Source: Vicugna vicugna (lineage: Eukaryota). From it: a stretch of 64,000 nt of DNA. The translations under genes and the position numbers were made by a program. How positions within the stretch are numbered: position 1 is the first letter of the stretch; every line of letters starts with the position of its first letter. Positions 38,654 through 51,959 of the stretch are shown piece after piece. The stretch lies in the NCBI GenBank assembly GCA_013265495.1, contig MU058824.1:4491111-4555110 (forward strand), read 5' to 3'. Under the pieces are notes generated by a model that was given only the letters and a program-made list of their open reading frames with translations, searched no databases and was not told the DNA's origin.

Positions 38654-40113
38654 TGTAGAAGGAGCTTTCAGTGTTTCTCATCCCCATGGAAGTAAGGACT
38701 TCAGTCATTTCAGCTGTCATTCAAAAGCCAAGTCAACTTAACTGGAACAATCTCTTGCCCTTAAGTCCATTTTCAAGGGATATTTAACTTCTCAGAGTGT
38801 ATTTCCTGAGTTTTGGCCATATGTCTGACAGCTTCAACAGATGCCAGAAAATAAATACTCTAATTAAATGATGAAGATACGATGAACACATGCTAGAACC
38901 AACAACACAGGAAACTGAGAGCAAGCCTAATGGCCCATATTGTGTCTAAACTGCAGAGTCAGTACAGAGAAGCGAGGTGGCCACCCCAACTGGAATCACC
39001 AGGAGACTCAGGGGAACAAGGAGGAAGTGGAAATTTTCATCTTGGACTTCTGTTTATTAGATTCAGATGTCTGAAATGCTAAGAAGAGACAAAGAAGGTT
39101 GACCACATAGAAAGATTTGGGGTGGGAATAATCGATTTTGATAAGCTGAATTTCTTTTGAGCTATGAAAAAAAATTGAGGCTTTTTTTCTTGATACTTGG
39201 CACATTCTGAAACACTGCTAGTAAATTAAATTAAATTATGGTACTTCAATAAAAAAAGAAAAGACAGAGTAGAGTTTGAATTTGACACTCATCACTTACA
39301 GCAATTCCTAATCAAAAAGCTAGTATTCTGTTAGATAACTCACATTCTGGAAAAAAAAAAAAGATACATGATAGGTAAATAGACAGATAGAAATAGATAG
39401 TGGCTAAGTATGTTTGTAGACTTTGGGGTTGGGGGCTAATGTTTGACAGGTTTCTCTGCTCTGGGAATTCTCAGAGCCTTTAATATGCTCAAGTGCATGT
39501 GAATGATCAAGAGATATAGTCTGTAGCATTTCGTGAGTCTCCATAGTTCAGCACAATAAAAGTGGGAAGTATTTCTTACTTATGACCTTGGACAGATTGC
39601 TTACCATCACTCAGCCTGTTTCTTCAGATTTTAAAAACCTAACCATTTTATTTTACATGGATTTGATGAGATACTATAAATGAGTGCTCTATAAATAGTA
39701 AGCATCACAGTAATGTAAGATATTGTCAGAAGTATTATTATGAGTGCTACACAGTGCTATGTGTCACGTGGAAAAAAGTGAGACATAGTTGCTATTTGGA
39801 ACAACAGACACAGAAAATGGATGGCAGTGGATGAACAGAAGCAGTTTTATGGCAAGTTATATTAAATGCTGAGAATTCTGGAAGAATAACTTAAAAGAGA
39901 ATTTAGAAAGTGAATCCAATTTTAAGAATACAGTAAATCCTGGGAATTTTTGCTTCAAGTGATATTTAAGTTTTCTTATATTTATTAAAAATGAATTGCA
40001 CAAGATAATGATGCACATTGTGTTGATAAAATTTCACTTTGTTTGTCAGTCATGTTCCTGATTTCTACTTTGCATCAGCCAGAGAACAATCTAGCTCTTG
40101 CAAATATACAAGA

Positions 40114-40146
40114 GTGACATCTAGTGGCCACTCTAGCAAACTTCAG
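40114..40146 (-). promoter_or_regulatory. Candidate CTCF site with upstream motif
   Basis: Minus strand ctgaagtttgctagagTGGCCACTAGATGTCAC. Confidence 0.55.
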
Positions 40147-42762
40147 ACACTTGCGGAGCCATGTACTATCATCCTTAGAGGAAGCTTCAGAGGCCTTCTT
40201 CTTGTTCAACCTTAGCTACATGATGCGCGGAGCTCCCCTCCAATATCCCTGACCTCAGTTATCCATCACCTGCTTGGACACCTCCCTTGACAAAGAATTC
40301 ATTACTTCCGGATTCTAGCTGTTTTATTCAGCCCTAACAGCAAATTCTTTCTTGAATTATGCTGAAATATATCTTCCAGTAGCTTCCACCTTCCAGTCCT
40401 AACTCAGCTTTGCGCCTCTACATGAAATGCACCTAATCTGCTCCCTTTTGACATATGAAGGTAATTCTTCTACTCCCAAGTCTATTCCCCTCCAGCCTAA
40501 CCCACCCCAGCCCTTCCTCCTGTGCCAAAATTAATCAACAGTACTCACCTGGCAGCTACTGAACTGTGTCTAGAGCATCATCTCTTATTTTAGCAAAAGA
40601 AAGACTGTGATATTTCTGAAAGTACCTTGGGAATAACAACAGCACTGCTTGATCAGACTGACATAGAGAAACACTTTGAACAACCCCACCTTCTTGGTAG
40701 GCTGTCCTCTACTCCCTTTCTTTTCCTCTGAGTAATGGCAGCCCTATCCTTTTATGTTGCAAGTTACATGATCTTGATGTATTTTTAAGTCAGCAATCAC
40801 ATAAACTGTTTTCTCTAAGAACAAAGGCCAACCCCGCTCCAGTTACACATTCCTTGCCTTTTCATTGACTGGCATCATCAGTCTTTCTGAAAAAGTATTG
40901 TTATGATACCACACCATATAGGAACTCATTTCTAATATCCCCCAAATGAAAATGAATAGAATGGATAAATTATTTGGTGGGACAGGTAGAAACAAGGACT
41001 TGCTCCGTCCAATTTGCTTCCAGTTCCTGGCTGTGTTGCCCCAAAATGCCCTTGAGCAGTAGCAGCTGGTTACAATGTCCTGCTTCTTTCCGCATTCTTA
41101 TAACCAGGCTCATTGTTTTGGGTCGCAGTTCCATAAGGCTCCTCCCCAAACACCAACACAAATTCCAGAGGAATCAAAGATTAAAACGTAAATTTAAAAT
41201 CCTAAAGATTCTAGGTGAGAATCCTCCTCTAGGTGAGGATGATTCTGGGAAAATGGCAGTTTGTTCTGTAGAATCCATGGTGCTTCACGACCCAACCTCA
41301 ACCCAGCTACTCTTATTTCCTAGAACAAGCAGCTGCTGAGGCTCAAAGGCCATGGGCAATGCCCTGGCTATGGTGAGGTCCCAAAAGATGTAGCAGTGGA
41401 GGAATTTTACTCCTCTGTACCAGGAGGTCCTGGAGACAAGCACCAGGGTGTTGGGGTAGGAAAGGAAAGAAACACTGTGGTAGCTAAGAGTCAGGTTGGG
41501 TGATTCCTGGCCACAGAAGGGCAAGGCTGTGGCTTCCATGTCAGGGTTGCTGGAAGAGCCCAAGGTCTCCTTGGCCCTGAGCAGGGGATGCCCCAGGCTT
41601 TACTAGCCTTGGCAGCTTGGGGCCTGTTAAAGGACTCACAACTGCCTGAGGTCTCACACCCTAATTCACGAGAGATGACTACCGCACCTGCCCCACTCTC
41701 AGGATGCAGCAACCTAAAGTGCGCCAGGAGCAGGGCAGCTAGCAGCCAGACAGAACAACAAACAGGACCTAGAAAAACAAGTCTCCTAACATAAGTGAAC
41801 CGCAAGAGAAACAAAAACATGCCAAGAGCATTCCAGGAGCTTCAAGTCCAGCACATAAAGTCTTTCTGATAAGACAGCAAATTAAACACTTGTACAGAAA
41901 GAAGTTGGCCAAGAAAAAACACAGTATCATGCAACTTGAGGAGAATGCAAGGTCACAGGAAGGTTTTGAGGGAAAGAGAGGGGAAGTGAATAAGAGAGAC
42001 ATGAAAGTGTTCAGAGAAGGAAATGCCAGGATTCGAATCCAACTCCAACACCCTATGCCTTTCAGCTCCAGCAGCACTTACCTCGGCTTCCAGTGGGGCC
42101 CAGAGATGGGTAAGAACGAGCACAGACCCAGCTGGGGGAAGCAAGCAAGCAGGTACAGGTGAATTCTCCTGTTCTTTCTCCCGGTGAGGGGACACACACC
42201 CTGTGTCCCACAAGTATAGCTGAAAGTAAACACAGGAGGGATTTTAGGCCCTGGGCCCTAGTAAAAAGGCTAGATGTCGCAGTTTCGTCTGCAGTTTCGG
42301 CTTCTCGCCAGGCCTCACAAGGACTTAGCTCACTGCTTGTTCTAGGAAACAAGTGTAGTTGGGTTGGGGTTACCAAGTGTAAGACGCCTATAAAGAGATT
42401 CCTGACCTGTCCCTGCTCAGCTCCACACCTACTCCACATGACAGTTCAGTAAGGACTTGCAGCCATTAAGGCCTGGAAAGGTTATACCACTTTTCAGACA
42501 GTGACTCCTTTTATTTATTCATTTATTTTATTTTTTTCAGAATGACAATGTTTTCACCCAATGACATATGCTACAAGAAGGAATACTGTGACTTTATTGT
42601 TTCAGGCACAGACACATTCACCAACTTACTACTCAGCACAGCAGTTTCTAGTTGGACAATATCATACAGAAAAAATAGGAACTGTCTGCCACATATACTG
42701 CCAAGCAATAGGAATGAAGAGGCAGCATCTCCTGTGACTTTTAGTGGGCTGTGCACATGGAC

Positions 42763-43331
42763 TTTTTTTTTAATTGAAGTATAGTTGATTTACAATGTTG
42801 TGTTAGTTTCTGGTGTACAGCAGAGTGATTCAGTTATTCATATATATATACTTTTTCATTATAGGTTATTACAAGCTACTGAATATAGGTCCCCATGCTA
42901 TACTTTAGGACCTTGCTGTTTACCTATTCCGTATATACTGGTTTGTATCTGCTAATCCCAAACTCCTCATTTATCCCTTCCCACTCCCCTATCCCCTTTG
43001 GTAACCATAAGTGTGTTTTCCATGTCTGTGAGTCCTTTTGTTTTGTAAATAAGTTCATTTGTGTCATTTTTTTTAGATTCCACATATATGTAATATCATA
43101 TGGTATCTGTCTTTCTCTGCCTAACTTATTTCCCCTAGTATGATAATCTCCAGGTCCATCCCTGTTGCTGCAAATGGCATTATTTCATTCTTTTTATGGC
43201 TGAGTAGTATTCCATTGTGTGCGTGTGTGGTGTGTGTGTGCATGTGTGTATACACATCACAACTTCTTTATCCAATCATCTGTTGATGGACATTTAGGTT
43301 AGTTACTTCCATGTCTTGGCTATTGTTAATA
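42763..43331 (-). mobile_element. L1 3' end (artiodactyl-type)
   Basis: T-tract then aattgaagtatagttgatttacaatgttgtg...catttaggtt...cttggctattgt. Confidence 0.88.
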
Positions 43332-43899
43332 GCACGTCCACTATTTTTTACATGTTTTGAAGAACTTGTGGATTTATTTTTATTTTACCCTAGAGGTATT
43401 TTCTGTGCTATGATTTTATTTATAGCACAGTTTAATCACAAGATTATCATGAACTCCCAAAATGTTGAATTACTGTTGAAGAAAATAGAGCAGAAAGCAG
43501 ACTGCACCTTCCAAAGAACCCCTTCTCCACCAGCCCCTCCCACTATCAAGTTTTCTTCCTCCCTTGGAAAGTACTGTAAACTTCATTATATTACATTTTA
43601 CATATAAATTCCATTTACTTTCTAATTGCCATTTGTTACATACTTGTTTTCATTGTTTAATTAATATATTTTTCTATCTGTGAATACTGTTTAGGGTATC
43701 TTGGGTCAGGATGAAATGTATTCTAATTTTTCCCATTAAAATCAATAGAAAATGTTTTCTATCCATTGACTTTCTTCCCCTCAGCAGCAAAGTTTTTAGG
43801 AATGAACTGACATTTTAAGCCAAGGATAAAGATACTTTTGGGATTAGCAATGCTCTCTGCAGAGTAAAAATGTAGTCACGTTGCCTCACAGACCTTATG

Positions 43900-44320
43900 G
43901 CTGTTATCTTCAGAACCAACTGGCCATGGAATGCTCAGATTAAACACTGTTTCTAGATGTGTCTGTGAGAGTGTTTCCCAATGAGGTTAAAATTTGAATC
44001 GGTGAATTTACAGTACATTGCCCTTTACCAATGTGAGTGGGCATCACGCAATCTGTTGAGGGCCTGAATAGAACAAAAGGTGGAAGAAGGAGGAATTCAC
44101 CGGGATATCCCATCTCATCTTCTCCTACCTCAGACTCGGATTTACACTATCACCTTCCCTGGTTCTCAGGCCTTTTGGTCTCAGACTGAGTCTCCAGTAT
44201 CTACAGACAGCAGACTGGGGACTTCCCAGACTCCCTAATTGTTATGAGCCAATTCCTCATAATAAGCAAACAAATAAGTATCTCCCATTGGCTCTGTTTC
44301 TCTGGAGAATACTGACTAAT
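43900..44320 (+). mobile_element. MLT2-type ERVL LTR
   Basis: gtgtctgtgagagtgtttcc...caatctgttgagggcctgaatagaacaaaagg...gagccaattcctcataataa...ctgtttctctggagaatactgactaat. Confidence 0.82.
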
Positions 44321-44569
44321 TGGAGCTAGAACACTGACAGGGAGCAAAGGGCCTATACCAGCTGTCCTACAAGAAAAGTTTCTCGAAGCTGTCATGCTAC
44401 AATTCTGCTTGCAACCCACTGGCCATAACTGGGCCATGAGGCCATAGTTAATTGCAGGAGATGCTGAGAAATACAGCCTTAATTCTGGGCAAACACGGGA
44501 CCTAGTTAAAAATTGAAGATTCTTTGATTGTGGAAGAAGGGACAACCAGATATCAGGAAACAAGAAAAT

Positions 44570-44912
44570 AACACACCCACCAGTGCCATGACGACCACCA
44601 TGACAAGAACTGGAAACGCCCACATGAGAACACAAGGCAAGGCAATTGGCTCCATCATCCCCAGAACAAGGACATTACAGCGGAAGCCTCCCAAAAAAGT
44701 CCACAGCCCGTCTGGGGCTGGAACTGTCTCGACCAGTCATCTTGGCTGACATCTAGGTGCACCCACTCAAGTGCTTTTCTTTCCTTTCCTCTTTTGAGCA
44801 ACAAAGCAGCCATTTCATCCCTCTGCCTCTGCTGCGAATTCTTTCACAGCCAGCAGCCAGGAGCCACACTTTGGTGGGTCTCCTAATTTAGGGGTCTCTC
44901 TCTCCTCTAACA
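44570..44912 (+). mobile_element. ERV1-type LTR 3' part, same family as 21160-21568
   Basis: Shared blocks accagtgccatgac...ccatgacaagaac, catcttggctga, catccctctgcctctgctg, ctcctaatttaggggtctc...taaca. Confidence 0.75.
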
Positions 44913-47564
44913 AAACCACTTTGGAGCAGAACTGATTTCCCCAGTAGTGAAACACTTCACTGTTCTACTTCACCAACTCTTGTAAATAGTCCTCAAAGTG
45001 CACAGCTGAGTCTTCTGGCAGAAAATACCAAGTCTCAAGACATAGCTGGGCCTGATGACTTAATTAAACCAATTTCACCAAACTCAAGGACATACAAGGG
45101 GGCTGCAGGAACCACCAAGAGGTGTTCAAAGCTGGTTCACCATCCATTTGAAAATACTGAGAATTGATAACATTTTGACTCATCCACAGGTGTTAAGTGT
45201 CTATAATTAATGACCCATAGGTTTTGCTAAAGGGTCCTACTCAACCCAGATTTACAATTCAGATTTAGTTTTAATAGTCCACAGCTCTCAAGTACCTCAT
45301 GGGTCTCTCACAAATACTTATCTCTAAGGGAACACAAAGTTCTCACCAGAAGTCTCAAGTGACTTCACCTTTCTGGACTGAAACAGGTATACTTGGAGGC
45401 CAACTTCTGTTTCTGCTGGTTAATCACAGGCTTCAGCATCTGAGTAACAAGGACTTGGAAAGTGCTGTGCTATTCAAAACTCCCCTGAGGCTGGCTATAC
45501 CTTGGGATCTGACCTGTGGGATAGGCAGATGCCATATCACAACTGTAGGTGTAAGGAAATAACACTTGATCCACATGCATCTGGATGGGATGACCATGAG
45601 AGTTTGTCAACATGTATGCCACACTGCTCTACAAGGTGATCCAGGGACCCACTTCTTTCTTTTTGCCCTACTGTCCCCTATATCATTGTCCTCATTCAAT
45701 TGATCAAAGCTGGTTTGACACTTTATCTCAAACATTCCAGCCCGAAGAAAGGGGACAGAAAGGGCACGGACCGTTTTTACTGAAGGATTTGACCTGGAAG
45801 TTGAAAACATCATTTCCACTCAATCCTGTAGGCCAGAATTTAGTCACACGGCCATACCTAGATGAAAAGAATGGTGGAGAATAGAGTGTCTAGACAGGAA
45901 ACCAAGTACTTAGTTAAAATTTAGGGGTTTCTATTAGTGAAAGGGAGAGATGAAAAATGGATATTAAAAGATTATTGGTCTCTGCCACAATGACATTTAT
46001 TTAATGGATGATTGCTAGATCATGGTTAGTGGTTGACAGGATGATTGGGAATGCTTGGGGGAGGGGATTTGATCACTTTTGAGAGGAATTGATTACTTTA
46101 GGGTAATTAATTAGGTTTAGGTCTGAGTAGGCTTGAGAAAAGGAAGACTATTGAGTATGTCTGGATTGACAGTGATTATATTTGGTGACAATGAATTTGT
46201 TGAATAGGAATTTTGATAAGATATGTAACTCCCAGTTTAACATCAAAATGCAAAGACAGGATTCACTTACATTTGGTCATTTCTTGAGAAGCAACATTTT
46301 TGTTTGCTAAATATTAAAACTTTGAAGTAAAAATTGGTTATACTTCGCTATTCAAAAAAGTTAAAATGTTCAATTCTCTCTCCTCCTTTTCCTTGTGCAT
46401 TGTATGTTAACATCAATATTCATTCCATTTCAGGTCCATTTGGTCTCTTAAAACCTAGCCACAAGTAGCTCTCAATAGCACCTCTGGGCAGACACCAAAG
46501 AAGTACATCTGATCCTAAGTAAAATCTAGTAGCTTGCCAGGATTTTCACCAGTTAGGAATTATAGGAATTTAGCCATAGAATTTGAAAATAAATTGAAGT
46601 CTCTTTTTAGCCACTTTTTGTTTTTAGTAGAGACCAAGATCCCATTCATTGCGAAATGTTTTCATAGGCATGAATGCTTGTGTCTGATCCAGGAATAATA
46701 AATGATTGACTGTTTGTTACCCAGCGCAGGGTGGGGTGGGATTCCTGGCACTTTTTTTTAAGCAAAGGAAAAAACAACTGGGCAGAAATTTGTTCTTTCA
46801 ACAGCTTTTTGTGGAAATGTAGATTAGAGAGACTAGGGACTTTTTTCAGCCCTTACTGCAGTAATTACAAATATGGTTACACAAAGCCAATGGGAAGGCT
46901 GTTTTAAGTCTACTATAACTTATCTGACTTAGATGTTGCCATTAGGGGCATCAACTAACAAGACATCTTCAGCTTATTAACTTTTTTATTTTAACGAGCT
47001 CTGAGTTCAAATATTTTCTTTTTAAATATAAATATTTGCTTTTGCTAAAGCTAATTTGAAATTCTTGAGTGTTGAGTATGCACAGAAAAGATCAGTTTTG
47101 TTGGAAATAGCTGGGAAATCACTGTTGGAATTTAAAAACAGCTAATGTGTTATGTCATTACATTTCATTGTAAATTTTTTTACAATACAGAATAATATTT
47201 AAAATTCTTTTTAACCAAAACCTTAATGCTAGGCATCACAAAAGAAAAATTTTGTCTCATTTAACTGGTCTTAACCAGCAATTCTCAAACCTTTTGTCGT
47301 GAAGAGTAGCAGAAATTAAAAGACTAAAAATATCTTATGCTGATGAGAATAGCGGGAAATAAATACTCATATTCTGTTGGCGCTAGTGTAAGCTAGGTCA
47401 GCTTTTTAATATAAATCTGTAATGTGAGGTAGACATGCAAGACAAGGAGACTGAATAAAGAAAAGAAAATTCAGTCATGCTCTAAGAAAGAAAACTAAGG
47501 GGCCTAACGGTCGAAAGTCCGGTTTCACAGGTGGGGTGCCTACGCATTAACAGACTGGCAGCCG

Positions 47565-48643
47565 AGTTACCAAATTTAGCAAACAGAAACACAGAATGAC
47601 CAATTCAGTTGGGATTTCAGACAAACAATGAATACTTTTTTAGTATAAGCATGTCTACACACCTGGAGCGGTGTCCGGTATTTCCGCCCGAAGCATCTGT
47701 CCCTGGGAATCTTCGCCGCAAGCATTTCCGCACCGAACATTTTTGCCGCAAACATATTCGCGGCATCGCTAATTGGCCGTAAGGCAATTTTGCCGTAAAA
47801 GATAAACTAAGGCACAGTGTGAGTCGGGGACGTTGAAAAGGACGTAATGAAACGTGAGAAATGAATAACAAAATTAAAGACTTTATTTCAAAATACAAAA
47901 TATTTTAATACATTTAAAATCTGTGTAGATTCGTGGCAATGCTGCACAAATAACTGATTTTATTTTGTGCGTTGTACCTAAGTGCTTGTCTTCCGAGACT
48001 TTTATTCAAGTTTTACACTTTTTTTTTTGCTTGTTGATTCATCTTCTTGTTCAGCATCACATTTTTTCTTTTTATAAAATTTCTTCCTTTGTTAAGAGAG
48101 GCTTCAGTTTCCAAATAGTAGGATATATTTTGTAACGGAGCTTTGTACTGTATTGTGAAAGTCTCTACACTGTTACTTGTTCTTGGCATATTGTCACACA
48201 CCCACTGATAGACGTTTCAAAGTTCTGTGGGAGATGTGGGTTCAACCCCATGCCTTGAAGGACCTCGAGGCCTCTTTCCCGTACAACTGGTGTGTTTCAA
48301 AGTAAGAAGCCAACTCTTGAGGCAGATCATCATCTGTCAGCGTAATAAAGTCACTCATAATGTCACCAACTGGAAGAAATGCTAACGCATTTCAACCGGT
48401 TAAAACCAACCTGTCAAACCCCAAATCGGCAACCCATTATTCCATCTTTCATGGCAAAATTGCCCTACGGCCAAATAGGCAGCGAAAATGCTTGCGGGGA
48501 AAATGCTTGCAGCAAAGATATCTACAGCAAAAAGTTTATGACAGAAGTACCCAGAACCCTTTGGGACATACTTTTGCTTTAGGAAGTATTCATAGTTGGA
48601 ATTGAAATTTTACTGTCAACCTATGTTTTATCTGGCAGCCCTA
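47565..48643. mobile_element. MER53-like MITE split in two (about 47565-47660 and 48560-48643)
   Basis: Halves match the intact copy at 59563-59735 (ttagcaaa...tcagacaaacaa...tagtataagcatgtc | tgggacatac...atctggcagcccta). Confidence 0.7.
47669..48559 (-). mobile_element. MULE/Mutator-like DNA transposon, internally deleted, long TIRs
   Basis: Inverted termini of about 120-135 bp (core 47773-47803 vs 48444-48474, 28/31 identical) with internal gc(c/t)gcaagcattt subrepeats. Minus-strand transposase remnant ALAFLPVGD...QELASYFETH...EPTSPTEL*NVYQ...MPRTSNSVETF. Confidence 0.82.
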
Positions 48644-49259
48644 ATTTAATATAAAACAAGAGGAAGAAGAAAGGAAAGTTTCACCTTGGATTGTTGCTGA
48701 AAGTCCTGCCTTGAGTCTCCTTCCTCCCTTCCCCCAAGGAATAGTACTGCCAAACTTTTATCACAGGAATTGCTCAGCTAGTCCCCTTATTTTACCCTTA
48801 TCCTCAGATCTGTTTTACAATATTCTCCAATATCTGTCATAAATGTTCTCTTTCTTTCTTTTTCATTCATAAGCCTTTTCAATTTCAAGTTGCAATTAAC
48901 AGCCCTGGGTACATTCCAGAGTCCATCCTCTCACCAATATCAAAACTAGAAACTGCTAACTTTCCCAAGGGAAGGGCATAAGATGCCAACTCCAAAACAG
49001 AGGACACAAATAAATACAAGGCTAAATCTTTGGGAGGTGCTCAACCCCAAAGATACAATTGTTTCACTACTCTGGTGCTTTTGGAAGGAAGCAAATATCC
49101 TGCAACAGACAGGTAGGAAAAGATCCTTTCAAGTACTTGTATATGAAGTTTACCAGGAACCTGATTAGTTCAAACCCCATTTATCTTGATTGAGGACTAA
49201 CTTCCCTCTACCACCACTCAGATCTTTCCAGGCTTAAAATGGCCTTACAAATATAAGAA

Positions 49260-49990
49260 AATATAATCAACTGAAACATTAAAAATTATATAGAAATTTG
49301 GACACTGATGTGATATCTGATGATAGTAAAGAATCATTGTTAAATGTTTAAGGCTGTGATAATAGTATTATGGTTACATTTTTAATAAGAATTCCTATCT
49401 TTTAAATACATCCGGGAATGTTGGCAGATTAAGTGGTATTTCTGGAATTAGCTTCCAAAGGTAGAATGTGGAATGGCTGGAAGTATAAATGCAATACCCA
49501 AGCTTGTTGAAGCTGGATAATGGGTACCGGGGAGCACAGTATACTAGTCTCTGTGCTTTTATATATGTTTGAAATTTGCCATAATAGATTTTTTAAAGTT
49601 AAAATTATCATATCCATTTAATGGAATATTATTCAGCCTTAAAAAGGAAGAAAATTCCGACACAGGCTACAACATGGATGACACCTGAAGACATGCTAAG
49701 TGAAATAAGCAACCACAAGAAGACAAGTACTGTGTGATTCCATTTATGTGAGGTATTTAGAGTATCAAAATTCATAGAGACAGAAACTGGTTGCCATGGG
49801 ATGGGGGTAGGGGAAGTGGGAAGATAGTGTTTAATTGGTAGGGAGTTTCAGTTTGGGAAGACAAGAATAGCTCTGGAGGTGGATGGTGGTGATGGCTGCA
49901 TAACAATGTGAAGGTAAATTAATGCTACTGAACTATTCCCTCTAAAATGGTAAATGTTACATTACGTATACTTTACTGTGGTAAAAATCA
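49260..49990 (+). mobile_element. Old L1 3' end fragments
   Basis: aatggaatattattcagccttaaaaaggaag...aagtgaaataagc...gtttcagtttgggaagac. Confidence 0.75.
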
Positions 49991-50429
49991 TCTCCATCTA
50001 GTTTCATACGTAAAAACTATAAAAACTGACTTTCATAATGGACAGCACAAATCAAAATGGAAAATAGCAATACAATCTGAATAAGGGGACTAGAAAGTAA
50101 CTTGTATTATTGAAGAATTAAAAAAAAAAACATTATTTTCACGATGGAAAAAAAATCTATCTTCTCAGTCTCGCCAGATGGCAAATTTAAGTGTCCTTCT
50201 ATCTTTGAATTTACAGAATAAAAAGATCATAATCATAAATAAATAATAATAAATAAACAAAAAGTATCACATGGTTCTAAATTATTGCAAATGGGTTAAA
50301 TGAGCTTTTCTTACAAAAAAAAAAAAAAGATTATCACAGAAAGCAAGCATTGCCATGAGACAACTTTTACCCTCAGCAGTTAAGTCAAGGCCAACAGTTA
50401 AGTGTGACCATTTCCATAAGCCCTTTTCT

Positions 50430-50775
50430 GCCACAAGACCTGGAATGTGCTTTGTCCAGGTCGCCACACTTTGCTCTCCATCACATCACTCAGGCATCTG
50501 CATGAAGGGCACCCTCTCACCTACCTAAGACAGACACCCTTCCATAGCTTTCCATCCCCTACTGTTTTGTTCTTCTCCATAAAACTCATTACCACCTGAA
50601 AAGTAATCTCTTCATTTGTTTATCTCCTCATTAGAATGTCCACTCCTTGGGGAAGGGGCTTCATCTGCTGTGTTTATTGCTAACACATAGTGCCCAGCCA
50701 AGGGCACAGTACAGTGCTTAATACATAATAGTGCTCAATAAATATTTGTTGAATGAATGAATGAATGAATGATTG
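50430..50775 (+). mobile_element. L2 3' end with (ATGA)n tail
   Basis: gtgctcaataaatatttgttgaatgaatgaatgaatgaatga. Confidence 0.75.
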
Positions 50776-51191
50776 ATGTAGGAAGATTTCACTGTGAAGA
50801 ATGTGCATTAGATTCACTTTTGCTTACTGCAAAGAAGGACAAAGGAAATGTCATTCTCTGCAACTTGAACTGCCATTGAGAGGGAGTAAACTGTAAGGGC
50901 TTTGTAGGGGGTAAACCACCAGGCAAATGGATATTACCATCATTACATTAATGTGACATTGTGCTTGATGCTCTGTGCTCTGTAAAAATGACAGGATATA
51001 TTCCCTGCTCATGTGAATGAAGTCATCAGCCAGTTGAGATGCTCCCAGAAGAGCTCACAGATATTCTTGACCAAGAGAAACAGATTGTGGCAGGTAAATT
51101 TCTAAGAATATTGGAGACTTTTATTCAAAGAAAGCATTGGGGAAAATAATCATTTCAATTTTAAGAATAGAACTTTGAACATTAATTTTGT

Positions 51192-51755
51192 TTGCCAAGA
51201 CATGAAAACGACCTAAATGTCCATTAACAGATAACTGAATAAAGAAGATGTGGTATGTTTATACAATGGAATACTACTCAGCCATAAAAAATCAAATAAT
51301 GCCATTTGCAGCAACATGGATAGACCAGGAGATCGTCATACTAAGTGAAGTAAGCCAGAAAGAGAAAGAAAAATACCATATGATATCACTTATATGTGGA
51401 ATCTAGAAAAAAAAGACACAAACTTATTTATAAAACAGAAACAGACTTACAGACACAGAAAACAAACATATCGTTACCAGGGAGAAAAGAGGGTGGGAAG
51501 GGGTAAAATGGGAGTTCAAGATTTGCAGATACTAACTACTGTATATAAAACAGATAAATAACAAATTTATACTGTATAGCCAAGGCAACTAATTCAATAT
51601 CTTGTAATAACCTATAATGAAAAAGAATATGAAAAGGAATATATATGCATACATATGACTGAAACATTATACTGTATGCTAGAAATTAACACAACATTGC
51701 AAATTGACTATACTTTAATTTAAAAAATTTTTAATAAATAAAAGCCAAAAAGAAA
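51192..51755 (+). mobile_element. 5'-truncated L1 3' end with TSD
   Basis: cctaaatgtccattaacag...atggaatactactcagccataaaaa...A-rich tail. TSD attaattttgt at 51181-51191 and 51756-51766. Confidence 0.88.
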
Positions 51756-51926
51756 ATTAATTTTGTCTTCAAACACTAATAAAAATCAAATATTTATCAA
51801 AAAGTAGCTCTATATAGAAAAATGAATATTTTGTCAATAAAGTTTTATTTACTGTGAAGCAAGTAGATCCCATTTCTGGTTTCTCCTTATTTGCACCAAA
51901 TTACCAAACTGCTGTAAGTACACAGG

Positions 51927-51959
51927 GTGGCATCTAGTGGCCATTCTAATAAACTACAG
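51927..51959 (-). promoter_or_regulatory. Candidate CTCF site with upstream motif (paralogue of the 40114 site)
   Basis: Minus strand ctgtagtttattagaaTGGCCACTAGATGCCAC. Confidence 0.5.
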
